Assembly (NCBI GenBank): GCA_038087875.1
Contig: CM076000.1
Coordinates: 124,001-188,000, forward strand
Origin: Malacoraja senta
Lineage: Eukaryota
DNA length: 64,000 nucleotides
Direction: 5' to 3'
The number at the start of each line of letters is the position of its first letter. Positions within the stretch are counted from its first letter, which is position 1. Shown in pieces: positions 50,827 through 64,000 of the stretch. Both the position numbers and the translations under genes were made by a program. The notes beneath the pieces were generated by a model, which was not told where the DNA came from, searched no databases, and saw only the letters and a list, made by a program, of their open reading frames with translations.

Positions 50827-53633
50827 GGGATCACGGAGACATGGCTCCAGGGTGACCAAGGCTGGGAGCTGAACATTCAGGGATATTCAATATTCAGGAG
50901 GGATAGACAGAAAGGAAAAGGAGGCGGGGTAGCGTTGCTGGCTAGAGAGGAGATTAACGCAATAGAGAGGAAGGACATTAGCTTGGAGGATGTGGAATCG
51001 ATATGGGTAGAGCTGCGAAACACTAAGGGGCAGAAAACGCTAGTGGGAGTGGTGTACCGGCCACCTAACAGTAGTAGTGGAGTTGGGGATGGCATCAAAC
51101 AGGAAATTAGAAACGCGTGCAACAAAGGGAAAACCATTATAATGGGTGACTTCAATCTACATATAGATTGGGTGAATCAAATTGGCAGGGGTGCTGAGCA
51201 AGAGGATTTCTTGGAATGTATGTGGGATAGTTTTCTAAACCAACATGTAGAGGAACCAACGAGAGAGCAGGCTATTCTAGACTGGGTATTGAGTAATGAG
51301 GAAGGGTTAGTTAGCAGTCTTGTTGTGCGTGGCCCCTTGGGCAAGAGTGACCATAATATGGTTGAGTTCTTCATTAGGATGGAGAGTGACATTGTTAATT
51401 CAGAAACAAAGGTCCTGAACTTAAAGAAAGGTGACTTTGAGGGTATGAGATGTGAATTGGCCAAGATAGACTGGCCAATGATTCTTAAAGGGTTGACGCT
51501 GGATATGCAATGGAAGGCATTTAAAAACTGCATGGATGAACTACAACAAGTGTTCATCCCAGTTTGGCAAAAGAATAAATCAGGGAAGGTAGTGCATCCG
51601 TGGATAACAAGGGAAATCAGGGATAGTATCAAAGCAAAAGAGGAAGCCTACAAATTAGCCAGAACACGCAGCCTACCAGAGGACTGGGAGAAATTCAGAG
51701 TTCAGCAGAGGAGGACAAAAGGCTTAATTAGGAAAGGGAAAATAGATTATGAAAGAAAACTGGCAGGGAACATAAAAACTGACTGCAAATGTTTTTATAG
51801 ATATGTCAAGAGGAAAAGATTAGTTAAAACAAATGTAGGTCCCTTGCAGTCAGAAACAGGTGAATTGATCATGGGGAACAAGGACATGGCAGACCAATTG
51901 AATAATTACTTTGGTTCTGTCTTCACTAAGGAAGACATAAATAATCTGCCGGAAATAGCAAGGGACCGGAGGTTAAATGAGATGGAGGAACTGAGTGAAA
52001 TCCAGGTTAGCCGGGAAGTGGTGTTAGGTAAATTGAATGCATTAAAGGCCGATAAATCCCCAGGGCCGGATAAGTTGCATCCCAGAGTACTTAAGGAAGT
52101 AGCCGCAGAAATAGTGGATGCATTAGTGATAATTTTTCAAAACTCTTTAGATTCTGGAGTAGTTCCTGAGGACTGGAGGGTAGCTAATGTAACCCCACTT
52201 TTTAACAAGGGAGGGAGAGAGAAAACGGGGAATTACAGACCAGTTAGTCTAACATCGGTGGTGGGGAAAATTCTGGAGTCGGTTATTAAAGATGGGATAG
52301 CAGCACATTTGGAAAGTGGTGAGTTCATTGGACAAAGTCAGCATGGATTTATGAAAGGTAAATCATGTCTGACGAATCTTATAGAATTTTTCGAGGATGT
52401 AACTAGTAGAGTGGATAAGGGAGAACCAGTGGATGTGTTATATCTGGACTTTCAGAAGGCTTTCCACAAGGTCCCACATAAGAGATTAGCATACAAACTT
52501 AAAGCACATGGTATTGGGGGTTCAGTATTGATGTAGATAGAGAACTGGCTGGCAGACAGGAAGCAAAGAGTAGGAGTAAACGGGTCCTTTTCAGAATGGC
52601 AGGCAGTGACTAGTGGGGTACCGCAAGGCTCAGTGCTGGGACCCCAGCTATTTATAATATATATTAATGACCTGGATGAGGGAATTGAATGCAACATCTC
52701 CAAGTTTGCGGATGACATGAAGCTGGGGGGCAATGTTAGCTGAGGAGGATGCTAGGAGGCTGCAAGGTGACTTGGATAGGTTGGGTGAGTGGGCAAAGGC
52801 ATGGCAGATGCAGTATAATGTGGATAAATGTGAGGTTATCCACTTTGGTGGCAAAAACAGGAAAGTAGACTATTATCTGAATGGTGGCCGATTAGGAAAA
52901 GGGGAGATGCAACGAGACCTGGGTGTCATGGTACACCAGTCATTGAAAGTAGGAATGCAGGTGCAGCAGGCAGTGAAGAAAGCAAATGGTATGTTAGCAT
53001 TCATAGCAAAAGGATTTGAGTATAAGAGCAGGGAGGTTCTACTGCAGTTGTACAGGGTCTTGGTGAGACCACACCTGGAGTATTGCGTACAGTTTTGGTC
53101 TCCTAATCTGAGGAAAGACATTCTTGCCATAGAGGGAGTACAGAGAAGGTTTACCAGACTGATTCCTGGGATGGCAGGACTTTCATATGAGGAAAGACTG
53201 GATAGACTCGGCTTGTACACGTTGGAATTCAGAAGACTGAGGGGGGATCTTATAGAAACGTACAAAATTCCTAAGGGGTTGGACAGGCTAGATGCAGGAA
53301 GATTATTCCCGATGTTGGGGAAGTCCAGAACTAGGGGTCACAGTTTAAGGATAAGAGGGAAGACTTTTAGGACCGAGATGAGGAAATCATTTTTTACACA
53401 GAGAGTGGTGAATCTGTGGAATTCTCTGCCACAAAAGGTAGTTGAGGCCAGTTCATTGGCTATATTTAAGAGGGAGTTAGATGTGGCCCTTGTGGCTAAA
53501 GGGATCAGGGGGTATGGAGAGAAGGCAGGGATGGGATACTGAGTTGGATGATCAGCCATGATCATATCAAATGGCGGTGCAGACTCGAAGGACCGAATGG
53601 CCTACTCCTGCACCTATTTTCTATGTTTCTATG
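50827..53633 (+). mobile_element. CR1 LINE, near-complete ORF2 (APE endonuclease + RT), 5'-truncated, with a premature stop and a frameshift
   Basis: [58 protein letters not shown]; stop at 52534-52536; (TTTCTATG)n tail. Confidence 0.95.
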
Positions 53634-55727
53634 TAATATCAGTATAGTCATAGAATCATAGAGCTATGTAGCACAGGCTCTTCAGCCAAACTCATAATGC
53701 TGACTACGTTGCTTAACTGAGCTTGTCCCAATTGTTGGTGCATGTATAGTCCTGTATATTCCTCTAAATTGTTCTCATCCCTGTGCACATCGAAGTGTCT
53801 TTTAAATGTTGCAATCATACCTGCCTCTACCACTTCCTCTGGCAGCTCATTCCATATACCCACCATCATCTGTCGGGAAAAAATGCCCCTCGTCTCCCTC
53901 TTAAACCTTTCCCCTCTCACTTTTAACCTAGTTGCCTTCTGGTTTTAGACTTCACTACCTACTGCCAGAGCAGGTGATGAAATCAGATGCAAGAACCACG
54001 TTTAAGAAATATTTAAATGTGCACCTGAAAAGATATGGCATGAAAGACTACCAACCTAATGCTGGCAAATAGGATTAGTGTAGTGGGGCAAAATAGTTTT
54101 GTTTTGTTTAATGTCATGTGTTCTGAGGTATAGTGAAAAGCTTTGGTTGCGTACTAACCAGTTAGCAGAAAGACAATGCATGATTACGATCAAGCCGTCC
54201 ACAGTGTACAAATACACGGTGACGGGAATAACATGAGTATAGTTAAAGTAAGAAATGTTGTTGTTGGAGTAGAGATTTCGACTGAGGAAATTTCTCCTCA
54301 TTTCAAAATTCATTAGATGAAACCGTTTGCTCTAATGGACATGAAGTAGTGAATCAACCCCACAGGATACAAGGTCAATTTTTCCAAAAATTACAGAAGT
54401 GATCAGAAGTAAAAACAGAATATGCTGAAAGGACCAGATAGTATCCGTAGAAAGTGAAAAACTGAGTTAACATTTCAGTTAGATCCCTGTCAGAAGGGTG
54501 ATTGACTTGAAATATTATCTCTGTTTCTCGCGATGCACATATTGCCCAACCAGACCACTTTCTGTTTTATTTTCAGATTTTCAGCAGCTGCAGTTTAATT
54601 TAAAAGAAACAGAGTGCTTGAGTAACTCAGTGGATTGGGTGGCGTCTCTGGAGAACATGAATTGGTGTTGTTTCGGGTTGGGACCCGTCTTCAGATAGTG
54701 AATTTGGTCAGGTGTCAGGGGTTATGGGGAGAAGGCAGGAGAATGGGGTAGGGGGGGAGAGATAGATCAGCCATGTGGAGTCGACTTGATGGGCCGAATG
54801 GCCTAATTCTGCTCCTATCACATGACCTTATGACCTAAGAAGGGTCCTAATCTGAAACATCCAGTGGAGCCACCCTCCAGAGATCCTCCCTGAGCCATTG
54901 CATTACACCAGCACTTGATATCTTTTTTTGCAAATTAGCATCTGCAGTTCCTTATGTCTACATTTTACTGTTTCACAGCAAAATCTCCTCAAGGTATGGC
55001 AATCAGTCTGAAGCAGGGTCACGACCTGCAATGTCGCCTATCCATGTCCTCCAGAGAAGCCACCTGACCTGCTGAGTTACTCCAGCACTTGTGTTTTGCT
55101 TTTGTAAATCTACATCTGCAGTTCCTTGAGAGTTCACTTTTTATTTGAAACATCAATGATGGTCTTTGAATCCACAACTATGACAGACTTTGCATGTATT
55201 GACACTTCAATGAGATGACTGCATTGTATAAGACAGTCTTGAAAGTTCAGTCCCACGAGAAACAATGCCTGCCTGACCCCTTACATTTTGCCTACCAAAC
55301 TTAAGAGGCTAAGCCATGAATGTCCCAAGGACTTTCAGCATCCAACCAACTCATTCATCCAACCTAAAATCAAAATCACCTATTTTAGTTTGCCATTTGG
55401 AGTAGTTTTCTTTTGTCTGCAATTAAGTCTCAAATGTAACACCAGCTGTGAGCACTCAACAGTTGAATCTAAGATCAAACCAAGATAACAAGTCTGCTTT
55501 TACTATCTACAGGAGTCAAGTACACTACCGGATTAAAAAGACATAGACTCAACCAACACCTGTGTGAGAACAAAAACGTCATTGTAAACAAATGCTTGTC
55601 TTTTCAATCTTATTTCCTCCTTGAAGCTAAGAAATAAATGAACAAGTGTAAAGAAGGAGGGTGGGAAGGAAGGTGCAATTGATACTAATCAATACAATGG
55701 AAATTGTAAGGCAAAAGTCAAACTACT

Positions 55728-56580
55728 GGTTGAACGAGAGTAAGTCTGAGGTCATCCTTCTCGGCCCCTCGGACTCAAATCAAAATGATAGCAGGCAGCC
55801 TTGGAAGCCTTACCCCACTACTCAAACCTCACGTCAAAAACCTTGGCGTGATATTTGACTCAGCACTGAAATTTGACAAAAGTCAATGCCGTGGTTAAAG
55901 CTAGCTTCTTTCAGCTTCGGACGATAGCTAAAATAAAACAATTCCTCCACTTTGATGACTTTGAAAAGATCATCCATACATTTATCTCCTCCTGCCTAGA
56001 TTACTGCAACTCCCTTTACACTGGCATCAGCCAATCTTCCCTGTCCCGCCTGCAACTGGTCCAAAACGCCGCAGCGAGACTCCTGACGGGTGCCCGAAAA
56101 AGGGACCACATCACCCCGATGCTGGCCTCTCTCCACTGGCTCCCTGTGCGGTTCCGTATACATTTCAAGATCCTCCTCTATGTCTACAAAGCCCTCAATG
56201 GGCTTGCCCCCACCTACATTAAAAGTCTTCTCACCCACCACTCCACCTCCAGGTCCCTCAGATCGGCCGACTTGGGGTTGCTGAATATCCCGCGGTCTAG
56301 GCATAAGCTCAGGGGCGACCGCGCCTTTGCAGTTGCAGCTCCTAGACTGTGGAACAGCATCCCCCTTCCCATCCCCCCTCCATCGACTCCTTTAAGTCAA
56401 GACTAAAAACTTATCTATACTCCCAAGCCTTTCTTGACGTCCTCTGAGCGAGGGCTATATGTATATATGTATGTAGTTTGTTTGTTTATACTATTCTTAT
56501 AACAAATGTAAAGCACTTTGGCCAACGAGAGTTGTTTTTTAAATGTGCTATATAAATAAATGTGACTTGACTTGACTTGA
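55728..56580 (+). mobile_element. L2 LINE 3' portion
   Basis: LDYCNSLY..LQLVQNAAARLLTG..HITPMLASLHWLP..APRLWNSIP; AATAAA and (TTGAC)n tail. Confidence 0.9.
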
Positions 56581-57419
56581 ACTCAACGGGTCAGGCCGTA
56601 TCTGTGGAGGCAGAGGGATGATCAATGTTTTGAGTTGAGACCCTGCATCAGTACTGAGTGTAGAAGGAAGATGTAAATGGTCGAAGAACAGTAGAAACCA
56701 TAGGGGGGTTGGGGGGGGGTGGGGGGCAGTGAGAGAGGGACTTGCAGAAATGTAATTTGCTTTAAATTAGACTAACTGCAGCCCCTTTTGAGTCTCCATT
56801 TTACCACTCCACTGCAGTCTTCAAGGTAAGCCCCCTTTGAAAATGTTTTTTCCTCTCTCTTTAACATGCAAGGTGTCGACCTGAAACACTGCCTCCAAGA
56901 TGCTGCCTGACACGCTGAGTTCCTCCAGTAGCCTGTTTTTTTTTAAATTCCATATTCCAGCACCTGTAGCTTCTTGTGTTTCCAAAAGGGAAATAGTAAT
57001 CGATGATTTCTAGAAATTGTATATCGTTTCAGGTAGGTAATGTAGATGATTAGTTAAGATATCAAAGCCTCTTCTTTAGACTGAAGGGTCTGAAGATATG
57101 TCTTGAACCAAAACATCAGCTATCCATGTTCTCCTGAGATGCTGATTGACCTGCTGAGTTACACCAGCACTTTGTGTCCTTTTGAGGTCAGGATATAGAA
57201 ATTTGTCTGGGTGAAAACGTAGCAAATTGAGTTTAATATGGGGAAAGTGTGAGTTCACTTTGTTAAGAGGAATGTGAAGGTAGACTTTCATCAACATGGA
57301 GGAAGATTGCAGATGAGCAGTGTACAAAGGGATCAAGGTTTTCATGTGCATGAATAGTAAAAGGTAACAGGCAGCAATGGAAACCAAATGGCATATTTTA
57401 TGGAGTTTAGAGATATATT

Positions 57420-58586
57420 AGCGTTGTTACAAAACCTACCATCAGCGGTGCCTGTGCGTGCGATTCCGGAGGCTGGGGGTGGGGGCACGATTCCGGAGGC
57501 TGTGGTGGGTGGGGGGGTGGGATTAAAATTCAGGTTTGTATTGGTGGTCGGAGAGGTATTGGCTCGGACTACAAGTTCATAAAGAAAATTCGTTCTGCGC
57601 TTCTGTTTCCGTTTTTAAAAAAGTTGCTGGTCGATTGCATCGCTGGATTGAAGTTAAACGTGACTTCTAATGCCATCAACATCAAGGACTTCCACATCAG
57701 GACAAAACAAAAGTTATATCGTTTATTTAACATCTTTCGTTGCTTTTTGGTGTGGTTTCATTTTAATCTGATGATTCAAAATATGTTATTTAGGCCCCGA
57801 TATCGGCCGTGTCGTGCCTGCCGATATCGCGGGGCTTAAATCATGGCAGCGGCCACATTCCGATCTATCACAATCCACTCTCAATATAACCAAATTGGTT
57901 GTTTTTTTGCACAATCATGTCATAAGAACATCTAACTCATCTATATTTTGTGTTATTGTCTATTTAAAAAATTTGGCTATTTAAAAAAATATTTTTAGCC
58001 TTTTCTTAAGAATGGGATAGATGTTTCGATCTAGTAATTGAATTTAGATGAATTTAATTGATTTGATGACTGATGAATATTAATTTTTTGTTGGGTATTT
58101 ACTATTTGTTTTAACGTTACAATAATATTAAAGTTCTGATCTTGAGAATATCACATTTTTGAATTTTCAAGGCAGTCTGGGTGTTTATTACTATTTCTGT
58201 CACAACGGTCAATTTTGTAATTATCTACAATTAGGTAACTAACTAATTATATGCTTTAATTTCAGGCCATCCAAGTAAGATATCATTTTTGTTTCAGAAT
58301 GCTTCAATCTATAATAACTGAAAATTTCATTCAGTTCTCTCATTTTTTAAGAAAGTTATGGGCTTTTATGTCAATTGACTGTCCTCGATCACAGCTTTTG
58401 TGTTGTTAATGGAAAAGCAATAGGGAACAAGATGCTAATTTCCGAGTATGAAAATTACCATAACTTTTTTTAATACTGAAGATATGAAAGTGAATTAGGT
58501 ATCAAATTAAAGTTCTTTTTATGCTTTATCTGATGGGATAAATTACAGGCTTGATTTTTAAAATCTCAAAATTTTGTAACGTTCCT
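57420..58586 (-). mobile_element. Unclassified non-autonomous TIR DNA element with a flanking 9-bp direct repeat
   Basis: Imperfect TIRs AGCGTTGTTACAAAA / AGGAACGTTACAAAA. AGATATATT at 57411-57419 and 58587-58595. Homologous to 32207-32950. Confidence 0.7.
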
Positions 58587-59174
58587 AGATATATTGTTAC
58601 AATTTCACAGGTTACTGGGTGAAGACACAACAGGAGTAATATGCACTATTTTGGTTCCCATAAGATCAATAGCACTCATGGCTTCAGCGCCTCATGCTAA
58701 AGTGCAGTGAAGATCAATGCCTTAAAAGAAGTTGCACTGTTGCTTTCAAGCAATTTTTCCCTGAACATAGAGAGTTGCATATGACCTTCCAGTAGTTCAT
58801 CCAAAACCTGTACTATATGGCAAGGTTTATTTTCTCAGAACTTATTGTGCAGATATGACCACTCAAAGCTGTGATGATGAACACTGGTTTATAATTTTCC
58901 ATGTAAAGTGCTGCAGAATCTAGAAACATTGGGCGAGAAAATCATCAGCAGTGCCAATGGAATGCTCACTAATAAATCTGGCAAGGCTTGGTTGCAGCTG
59001 AAGCCAGGGCTTGATAGAGTGGAGGGGCTCTGTCGGAGCTTCATAGGTTTGCCAATGAGTGGTGAGTTGAGTCATGGGTTGCAGGCCGTCAATGAGTTAA
59101 GGTGCTGGTGTCAGGTCAATTGATCAGGGCTCAGGAGATCAACTGGTAGCAAATGTTATCCCCATATCTGAGAA

Positions 59175-59540
59175 CTTACCAAATAGTGAAAGGCCTTGAT
59201 AGAGTGGATGTAGATGTTTTCACTAGTGGGAGGGTCTAGGGCCAGAGGTCATAGCCTCAGAATTAAAGGACGTTCCTTTAGGAAGGAGATGAGGAGGAAT
59301 TTCTTTAGTCAGAGGGTGGTGAATCTGTGGAATTCATTAGCACAGAAGTCTGTGGAGGCCAAGTCAGTGGATATTTTTAAGGCAGAAATAGATAGATTAG
59401 TATGGGTTTCAGGGTTTGTGGGGAGAAGGCAGGAGAATGGGGTTGAGATGGAAAGTTAGATCGGCAATGATTGAATGGCAGAGTGGACTTGATAGGTCAA
59501 ATGGCCTAATTTTGCTCTTATCACTTATGAACTAATGAAC
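59175..59540 (+). mobile_element. CR1 LINE 3' end
   Basis: RARGHSLRIKG..FFSQRVVNLWNSL and CR1 3'UTR. Confidence 0.82.
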
Positions 59541-60589
59541 ATTAGGATTGCAGGCAAGAGTCATGAAGTAGAGAGGGATAGATTGGTGATAGCCCAAAGA
59601 GAAACATTATGTAGATAAATTAAAAGGGACCGACCGCTCTGATCCTCTTTAAATCATCCCCCTGGCAGAACAAGCAGTGCTCTAAAAACTTTAGTTGGCA
59701 CACCAATGGTAGACATGCTTAGAATCTCATGTGCAATAATTTCTTCCAGAACTAATTTAAAGTAGTATTTTACAGGAAATAATGCCATTCTCTGCCGTAT
59801 CCAGTATCGAAAACATGCACAAATTGTGATGAGGGGTGTCAGGTTGAATTTCCAGAGGCAAGATTCACCCAGGGACCAGTGACCAAATTTCCCAGCCTTC
59901 TTATTTCTTACCGGTTTTATACAAGAAACTTGTTCATCCAGTCTGGGAGGGAGTTCCAGTTTGATTGTACAAAGCAACAATGAATTATAAGTTCCTTGGT
60001 TGATACAACTAAACAATAATTATTTAAATTGCCTGCACACAAGCTGACAAATAAATGGGATTAAACAGCCAAAGAATGTGTGCGCATGTGCACGTTTTTG
60101 CCTTTACAGGGCATAAAACTTGGTGCAGCTGAAAAATGACTGGATGATCACCCTCTGCGCTGATTGCATTTTCTGAGCATTCATCTTGCTCTCTTTAAAT
60201 GCCGAAGACTGCCCAAAAATATCAAAAGTACATCAGGCAATTGAACCGTCCTCTCATCAATTAGACAACAGTCCTGAACTCTCATCTACCTCATTGGAGA
60301 CCATTGAACTATATTTAATCTGACTTTAATGTACTTTATCTTGCACTAAACATTATCCCCTTTATCCTGTATCTGTACACTGTGGATGGCTTGATTGTAT
60401 TCATGTACAGTCTTTTCACTGCAACAAATAAGCTTTCCACTGTACCTCAGTACACATGACAATAATAAACTAAACGAGTCACTACCAAATGACCTAGAAG
60501 GCAGTATATTTCAAGATCAAAAGAATAACTCAGCATACAGTGGCGAGGGCGTGGTAGAGTTTGTAAACAAAGGATAAGAATTTTGAAAG

Positions 60590-60885
60590 GGCGACACAGT
60601 GGTAGGGCCACTGCCTCACAGCGCTAGAGACCGGGAGTCGATCCTGACCTCGGATGCTTAGTGTACAGAGTCTGTACATTCTCCCTGTGACCTCACGGGT
60701 TTCCTCCAGGTGATCCAGTTTCAGCCCACATCCCCAAAACATGCGGGTTTGTAGGTTAATTGACCTCTGTAAATTTCTCCGAGTGTGTAGGGAGTGAGAA
60801 AGTGGGATAACATAGAACTAGTGTGAATGGGTGATCGATGATCAGCGTGGACTTGTTTCCATGTGGTATCTCTAAACTAAACTAA
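60590..60885 (+). mobile_element. Diverged V-SINE
   Basis: tRNA-like head, V-domain and TAAAC tail. Confidence 0.75.
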
Positions 60886-61719
60886 GCTGAATTATGCAAC
60901 CTATACTGAGAACTCTCCCTCATCTCAGCTATACTCATTTTTCCAGTTTTTCAGCACTTTCAGCACATTTTGACCTTTCAATGTGCTGAAAGACGAAACC
61001 ATTACCTTGGTTTCTTGCAATGGAAAGCACTCTGGAGAATCTTTCTGCTTTCAGGGTTTAATTGTCTCAGGCTTGTCTCACATATTAATTAAAAGTTACT
61101 CTTTAATCTCCTCAACTGTGACTCTGTCCTTGATGTGTGCACACTTGATTCCATCCCACAACAATCTAATTAGTTCAGCCTCCCAGCCACACCTGAGGAA
61201 CCAGAAATGTAAATCCCTTGTTCTAAGTAAAAGCCAACAAGGACAATGGAGCAGATGGTACCCCCATGGAAGTTCTAAAATGTGCCAGTGTGGAATTTCA
61301 ATCAGACCTCCAGAACCTCATCTTCCATATCTGCGAAGAAAAAGATCTGCCAGATGACCTCAGGGATGCGGGAAGGATTTGACTGCAGCAACTACAGTAG
61401 TGTGTCTCTTCCATAGAGAAAGTTATCACCAGGGTCCTTCTCGGCCACTGCCACCCTGTGGAAGGAGTAAATCCAACGTGGTTTGCAGAGTAGATTTCCT
61501 CCTTCTAGAGAAACAATGCATGTGATCTTCATGCTTCAACTCCACAAGAAATGCATAAGCAGCTGGAGCCATCGTGCAGGGCCTTCTTGAGCTCAATCAA
61601 GCCCTTGAGTCCTTAGAATTTCCTCAAAGTTTGGCTAACTGTCTATATTTCTTAAGACTACGGAACACAGGGAAGTTGTTTGCGATGTCTTGGGAGTAGT
61701 CCATATTACAGTATCTAAT

Positions 61720-63300
61720 GATGATTATCTCAGCTGTGGGTGAGGTCCTAGAAGACTGGCATTGTGTGTTTAAGAAGGGCTGCAAAGAAAAACGTGGGAA
61801 TTGGGAACGGCAGGAAGCCTGACATCTGTGGTAGGTATGTTACTGGAGAAGATTCTGAGAGATAGAATGCCCTCTTAAAGCGCAGTTTTTGACTATTTGG
61901 AGCCTACTTTGCAATCATATTGTGCAAATTATATTTTTGGCACGTCAAAACCCTTCAGTGCATTCACATCTGTGGAGCCAAAGGTGGGACAGACATTTTG
62001 GGTTGAGCCTCTGCATCAAGTCTGAGAGTGTTGAGGGAAGATTGTCAGTGCATTATAGTAAGATGGAGGGTTGAGACGTGTTGATAGTTGATGGGTGGAA
62101 CCAGATGAGATGGGGAGGAGAGGGGTGTGGGGAGCCAGGTGGGGGAAGGGAAGTATTGTCCAGCTGCATCTCATAACATTGACCACTTTGTACAAGGGAG
62201 TTTCACAAATGTTATTGTGTTTTTTGAGGAAGTAACCAAGAAGGTTGATGAGGGCAAGTAGTAGACAGTCTATATGGACTTAAGCAAAGCCTTTGATAAG
62301 GTTCCATAGAAAAATGTGCACATTCTATATCCATAAGGATATAGGAGTCGTGGAAAGAAGCAAGGAGTGATGGGGAAAGGGATGTTTTTTTAGACTGGAG
62401 ACCGATTACTAATGTTATGCCTCAGAAGTTGCTACTGGGCCCATTGTCATTTGTCATCTTATCCAATGATCTGGATAAGAACGTACAATTCATGGTTAGT
62501 AAGTTTGAGTTGACACTAAAATAGGTGGTATCATTGAAGAAAGTCATCACGAATTGCAACAGGATCTTGATCAGCTGGCTAAGTGGACTGAGGAATAACC
62601 AATGGAGTTTAATTATGAGTGTTGCAGAACAGAGGGAATAAAGAGCAGGTATATACTTATATAAAGTAGCATCACAGGTTGACAGGGTGGTGAAGAAGGC
62701 TTTTGGCAAGCTGGGCCTTCACAAAGGGCATTCAGTATAGAAGCTGGGATATTATGTTACAGTTGTACAAGGCATTGCTGAGATTGTACTGGGAGCATTG
62801 TGTTCAGTTGTGTTACCTTACTATTGGAACAATGCCATTAATCTGGAAACAGTACAGAACATGAGGATGTTTCCCGGGCTTGTGCCCATGGATTTATAGG
62901 GAGAGGTTGAGCAGGCTAAAACATTACTGTGAATGTACACAGCCTTTTTTCCAGGGTTGCGAAATCTAGGGATCTATACTTAAGGATAAGGGGGAAATCC
63001 TTTAAGACCGAGATGAGGAAAAACTTTTTCACACAGAGAGTGGTGAATCTCTGGAACTCTCTGCCACAGAGGGTAGTTGAGGCCAGTTCATTGGCTATAT
63101 TTAAGAGGGAGTTAGATGTGGCCCTTGTGGCTAAGGGGATCAGAGGGTATGGAGAGAAGGCAGGTACGGGATACTGAGTTGGATGATCAGCCATGATCAT
63201 ATTGAATGGCGGTGCAGGCTCGAAGGGCCGAATGGCCTACTCCTGCACCTATTTTCTATGTATCTATGTATCTAGAGGATGTAGGTTTAAGGTGAGAGGG
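61720..63300 (+). mobile_element. Old degraded CR1 RT region with a young CR1 3' end (~62980-63270) nested in it
   Basis: Decayed RT motifs (YMDLSKAFDKVP-like at ~62270-62307). The young insert is nearly identical to 53345-53630. Confidence 0.7.
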
Positions 63301-63334
63301 GAAAAAAATTACAGGCTCATCTGGAAAACGATAA

Positions 63335-64000
63335 CAGTTACGTGCAGTTGCTGTTCATCGATTTCAGCTCCGCCTGCAACACAGTCATCCCCCAACACCT
63401 GGTGAATAAACTCGGCAAAATAGGCATCAGCACCCCACTATGCAACTGGTTACTGGACTTCCTCACCGACAGACCACAGACAGTAAGAGTTGGCAAAAAC
63501 TCATCAGAGACCACCATCATGAACACCGGGGTCCCACAGGGATGTGTGCTGAGCCCTCTGTTGTTCACGCTGATGACACATGACTGTTGTGCCAAACACA
63601 ATTCGAACCACATCATCAAGTTCGCAGATGACACAACAGTGGTGGGCCTCATCAGCCACGATGATGACTCAGCCTACAGAGAGGAGGAAACAACAACTCA
63701 TCAACTGGTGTGACATCAATAACCTTCAACTCAATGTCAATAAAACAAAATAAATAACTGTGGACTTCAGGAAGAAACAGACAGCACATACCCCACTCAC
63801 CGTAAATGGCAGTGCAGTGGAGTCTGTGAAAAGCACCAAGTTCCTGGGAGTGCACATCACAGATGATCAGACATGGTCCACCAACACCATCTCCCAAGTC
63901 AAGAAAACACAGCAACGCCTCCACTTCCTTCGACGGATGAGGAGAGCCGACCTCCCCCCTTCTGCCCTCACCACTTTTTACAGGGGTGCCATTGAGAGCA
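63335..64000 (+). mobile_element. Rex1/Babar-type LINE RT fragment running off the window
   Basis: [43 protein letters not shown]. Confidence 0.9.

Noticed and set aside
50737..52536. 599-aa ORF as a host gene or active LINE
   Set aside because: It is CR1 ORF2, 5'-truncated, with a premature stop and a downstream frameshift.
59654..60016. 120-aa ORF and similar short ORFs at 28208-29678 and 60983-61357
   Set aside because: No recognisable domains or convincing splice context; consistent with chance ORFs.

Overview
Repeat-rich vertebrate genomic DNA. The repeat spectrum (tRNA-derived V-SINEs of HE1 type, CR1, L2 and Rex/Babar LINEs, Penelope remnants) points to a cartilaginous fish, probably a skate or ray; this is an inference. 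Host-gene content is small. The window opens with the probable terminal exon and 3'UTR of a STAG2-like cohesin gene (1362 to ~2760, +). It also holds a complete two-exon MSL2-like gene (CDS 15859-16030 + 26334-27340, +, 392 aa) with an intact RING finger and CXC domain, but much shorter and more divergent than canonical vertebrate MSL2. In human, MSL2 lies downstream of STAG1, so a STAG2-linked copy looks like a second MSL2 retained from the early vertebrate genome duplications; this is the main finding. Mobile elements include a full-length but degenerate DIRS1-type tyrosine-recombinase retrotransposon (7491-12245, -) with readable ITRs, ICR and AAT junction, an internally deleted hAT element, two MITEs sharing a palindrome, many Penelope terminal repeats carrying minimal hammerhead-ribozyme cores, and several LINE fragments. 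No further host exons were recognised in ~28-64 kb. All identifications come from reading motifs and recalled sequences; no database searches were run.
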